Assembly: GCF_009914755.1 (NCBI RefSeq)
Contig: NC_060932.1
From: the human T2T-CHM13v2.0 reference genome, Homo sapiens
Direction: 5' to 3' (one strand)
Length of the DNA stretch: 64,000 bases
The position numbers and the translations under genes were made by a program. The notes under the pieces are model-generated. The model was not told the origin of the DNA. It did no database searches and worked only from the letters and a program-made list of their open reading frames with translations. Below, piece by piece: positions 58,627-64,000 of the stretch (positions are counted from its first letter, which is position 1; each line of letters begins with the position of its first letter).

Positions 58627-59038
58627 CACCTCCTGAATGGAGAACAGTAGAATGGAGGTAACTGGGGAGAGGGTAAGTTAACTTGAAGATAGACAAGTCA
58701 CAAAAGAAAATATTGAGAAACTAAACTGCATCAAATGTAAAACTTTTGATATTCAAAAGCAAATCAAGACTGGGAAAAAAAATCACAACACATTGATTAG
58801 ACAAAAGATTTGTATCCAAGACTATATAAAGAAATCTCAAAACCCAATAATATGAACTCAAACAACCTAATGAAAAATAGGCAAAATATTTAAATAGACA
58901 TTTCATCAAAGAAAGTTTCAAATAATCCATAAATACTTGGGAAGATGCTCAGCATCCACAGTCATGGGGGAAATGTAAATGTCAAACTATCACAATGGGA
59001 AACACCCATACTTGAACAGCTACAATGAAACAGACTGA

Positions 59039-59429
<391 letters not shown>

Positions 59430-60077
59430 TGGTCTGGTAGTTTCTTAGTTATCCACAGACCTATCATATGGGCCAAAATCCTACTCCCAGATATTCACCA
59501 AGAGCAATGAAAATACGTCTATGCAGAGGTCTGTTGAGGAATGGTTATGGCAGCTTTAATAGCAATAGCCAAAAAAGTAGAAACAACCCAAATGCCCATC
59601 AACAGGCGAATGCATACATAAATAATGGAATACTTTAAGAATGAAATACTCAACTACAAAAAGGAACAAACTATTGTTGCAGGCCAACCACGTGGATGAA
59701 TCTCCAAACCATTGTGCTGAGTGAGTGATGTCAGACAAATGCAAGTCCTCACTATGTGATCCCATTTATATAAAATCCTGGAACACAAGAGCTAATCCAC
59801 GGCAGAAGCACGCCAGGGGTTGCTGTGGGACAGACTGCAAAAGGGCACAAAGAACTTTTGGGGGTGATAGCAACATTTGTTATACTGAATGTGCTGAAAA
59901 TTCCTTGCGTATAGACACATATCAAAGCTGATCAAATTATACACTTTAAATATGTAGGGTTTACTCTTCCACAATAATCCTTCTATAAAGTTGTACCAAA
60001 AGACAAGCCCTGTGAAATATCTCCCCACCAAAACTGTCTGGCTCTAAACCACTGGAGAAGTGTGTCTTCTAAAGTCA

Positions 60078-60717
<640 letters not shown>

Positions 60718-60755
60718 TTATCTCTAGGAAACCACAGGTGTTTGGAGAGGAAGAA

Positions 60756-60821
60756 TGCATCACAGCCCGTTGATTCTCCACAGTCCCTTGCATCACAGTC
60801 TGTTGATTCTCCTCGGTCCCT
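60756..60821 (+). repeat. 33-bp tandem duplication
   Basis: tgcatcacagYcYgttgattctccWcRgtccct x2. Confidence 0.88.
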
Positions 60822-61337
60822 AAGACAACGCCTTGCAAGCATCACACCCCTCGATGTTGCTTACGGGAGACGTGTGCGTGGGCGCGGGAGGGTGCCCAAG
60901 CTGGTGCTGTGCACGCCAATGGCAATCCCATCTTGTGGAAAATCTATGACTAGCAAATACTTCACGAAATCGGGAATTATTTTTAGTTCTATTTGTTTAA
61001 AATAAAGAAGCCACTCTCTTAAAAATGTATTAATTAATTAATTAACAAGCTTCTACATTTTAGGTTTTATATACTTTTCTGTCACTTTCCCTGACAAAGT
61101 CACACAGGTAGGAACCATGACTGTCACATTTTAAACAACGATGTCTCTAAAGTCTTACAAAGCACAGCACAGAGTGGATGATCAATACATGAATCTACTG
61201 AAAGCTTGGGGTCACCAGGATAACAGATAACGTCTGATACATTTGAGTTAAGACAAGGTGCCTTGAAATAACTTTAGTGCAATGCCGTTCTCAAACACAG
61301 CAGTGGTCCCAGGCTTACAATAAAAAAAAAGGGAGGG

Positions 61338-61415
61338 GGCCGAGCGTGGTGGCTCACGCCTGTAATCCCAGCACTTTGGAAGGCCGAGGTGGGCGGATCA
61401 TGAGAAAAAAAAAAA
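61338..61415 (+). mobile_element. Alu 5' 67-nt fragment fused to A11
   Basis: ggccgagcgtggtggctcacgcc...ggatcatgag then aaaaaaaaaaa. Confidence 0.88.
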
Positions 61416-64000
61416 GCTGAGCTGTCCTGTGCTTCGGGCAGCCTCAGTTCTTGGCTTTGGTTTTCTCTCCACACAGAGTTACCGTGCTGCCTGCTGCTTC
61501 TTCCTGAGCTACAGGCTTCCATGGTCTTCCAGAAGAATACTGTCCTCTTCTGAAACCATGTTTCTGCATATGCCCTGCTGCTTCAGGAACCATGGTGCCA
61601 TGCACCCGACACATAGGTGTGTGGGGAGTGGACTCAGGTCCCTTGGCTGGTCACCCAGCAAGCCTGGGCAGCGCTGGCCAGGTGTTCAAGGAAGGCCCAG
61701 CAGAGCAGGCTAAGCTGGGATGGGCCTCTGGGGTCTGCCCTCCCCACCTTTCCATCCTCATCTCCAGCCCAGCCCCTCTCTGCCTCAGACCCTTCCATGT
61801 CCTGTAAAATGGAGCAAGCACCACCTTGTAGGTGCAGTCCTCAGGAGCAGCACCTGACACACAGAAGGCCATCAATATACGTGTTTGGCACTGTGCGTGG
61901 ATTCTGCCGATTCTCTACACTTCTCTGTTATGAACAGGTAATTTAAAGAAAACATTGAGCATCGTGAATGGCATATGCTAGGGGCTGAACAAGCATAACT
62001 TCACTTCTCTTATTTCTGGGACCTCCCAGATGCCTAAGAGGTGACAGCCAAGGGGGTGACACTCAGGAAGAGCTGAGACCCTTAAGCCTTCTACGCACTA
62101 TCTTAATGCATGTTTACCCCTCCATCCCAACTCCTGAGATGGGAAGGCTTATAGTGTGGGGCAGTGGGGCTGCGCCAGCCGGGAGTTGATGTGTAACGTG
62201 AACAAGATACAGCCAAGGTGAGCAGTGGCAAGGCCAGCGCGCTCACACAACACGGTTCTCGCCAGTCAACTTCTCCCGTGGTGTCGGTAGGGCAGGTGGG
62301 TGGCTCAGGATCACAGGGAAAACAAGGGGGTCGATGACTAGAGCCAAGCCTTGGAAAGGGACTTCTGTTCTGCTTTCCAAGCAGCAATGCTCGCATCAGA
62401 CAGGAGATAGTCACACCCCTCTTTTTTCCATCCTAGACATCAAACAGACAAAATGGTACCAGTGACAGATTAATATTCAAAGGCCATCTTGATCCTTCTA
62501 GACCCGTCAAATACAATAAGGAGCATCCCCCGTGTTTAGCCCCATGGAGGAGGGAACTTATTTTGCAATGAGATTTCGTTTTCAACCAATCCTAGTAACC
62601 GGCCTTCCAGAGCTGGAGCTCCCTTAGAAACCCAGCCTCATTCCACCGCTGTCTCATAGATGAGACCCTCTGAGGAGACGCTCAAAACAGGGAAGGAGGC
62701 GAAAACGGGGCCACCCAAGGGTTATGAGGATGAAATCACGACGACAGCAACACTGTTGAGTGCTCAGTGTACGCTGGACACCTGCATTAGCTCATTGACT
62801 CTGCACTCGGTGGTGCCCCCTTTCATAGGTATGGAAAAAGGCACATGCAGGGTGCCCACCCTGCTGGAATCAGCCCTCAGGTCATGGAGCCTGTTCCCTG
62901 TCTGTCCAGGAAGCAACCCCGAGGCCCTGGCTCTTGTCCTCCCACCTCCCAAACTGCCCCAAAGGGGTGAGGAAAAGAGCTTCTAGATGATTCTAACCCC
63001 ACCTCTATAACCGCAAGCTGTGAGATCCTCGGGAAACACTTCGACCTCATGAGGCTCAGTTTTCTAATCTGAAAAATGAGAATATTAACCATAGACAACT
63101 GCCACTCACTGAACACCAGCTGCAGTAGAGCCGAGCATACATGTAATCCTCACCGCAACCATAGGAGCTGGATCCTGACATCCCCATCTCACAGAGGAGG
63201 AGACTGAGGTTAATGACGTGGCAAATATCCACAATGACAGTTTCTGCAAGTCTTTCCTAGTGCAATCACCCACAACCACAGCCCTAGAAAGAAGGATGAA
63301 CACTCTTCCACAGAGGCTGGCACGCACCTTAAGGCAGGTGCCCACTGGAACCCTGTCTGTGGTGTCAAGGATTTTACAGTTGACCTTGAAGACCACCTAG
63401 TCCAAAGCTCTCATTGTACAAAAAGCCAAGCCCAGAGGTCACACAAAGCTTTGGACCTGAGCCTCTGGGCCCCGCGGTCTGGAAAGTGCTCCTTTCTCTG
63501 CATGCTACGGGGCTATCAACTTGAGCTGGTCCAGTCTGCAGATCTACATCCTGCCCGCCTGAGCAGAGGCGGGTGTGGGACCAGTGCGGATCTCCACGAT
63601 TTGTCAGCCCATCCTGATAAGTCTGAGGCTCTGACCATCATATCTCATCACAGCATCATTAGGATTACAAGTGCCATGCGGTAGAAGAGGAAGGGAAACA
63701 CGAACAAAAGGATGAGAAATTAAGCCCATTTCACCCGGAAAAGATGACTCTGATTTATTGCTCTATAGCAGCTGACGATGGCCTGTCAGAGAAATTCTGT
63801 GTTGAAAATAAAGAATAAAAATCACCCAGAGTTGTTTTGCCACACATCCAAATTAGAAAATGCTACTCTCCGGATGATTTATGCTTCAATTTTTTCCCTT
63901 ATTCACAGAGAATTTGTCCAGCATTACAAGAGCACCTAAGAGCAATAATACAATTCAAAAGGAGATAGAAGAGGCCGCAGAGGTGTTGATGTGCGGCTGA

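Noticed and set aside
63000-64000. Possible start of the nested transcript C8orf17/MOST-1, or PEG13, both recalled as lying in TRAPPC9 introns
   Set aside because: No ORF, CpG island or promoter I can recognise in the sequence; recollection of location alone is insufficient.

Overview
Human (Alu/L1/MIR-rich, GC-rich) genomic DNA lying entirely inside TRAPPC9 (NIBP, chr8q24.3), which is transcribed on the minus strand. Only two coding exons are present: 42077-42230 (154 nt) and 17808-17898 (91 nt). They are joined by a 24,178-nt AT-AC (U12, minor-spliceosome) intron. The rest is intron with many retroelements and tandem repeats, and almost all ORFs in the supplied track are spurious. The top observation is a perfect U12 branch point plus AC (TTTCCTTAAC-N8-AC) only ~170 nt downstream of the U12 donor. 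It has the same geometry as the real acceptor 24 kb away and a better consensus, suggesting a competing minor-spliceosome acceptor or poison/short-isoform switch. Also notable: two ~93-95% identical local inverted duplications bracketing the 91-nt exon, one carrying an L1PA2 insertion whose empty site survives in the twin arm; a GNRA hairpin hiding a cryptic U2 donor; and a near-canonical REST/RE1 site. Repeat subfamily calls and exon numbering are from memory, not from a database search.
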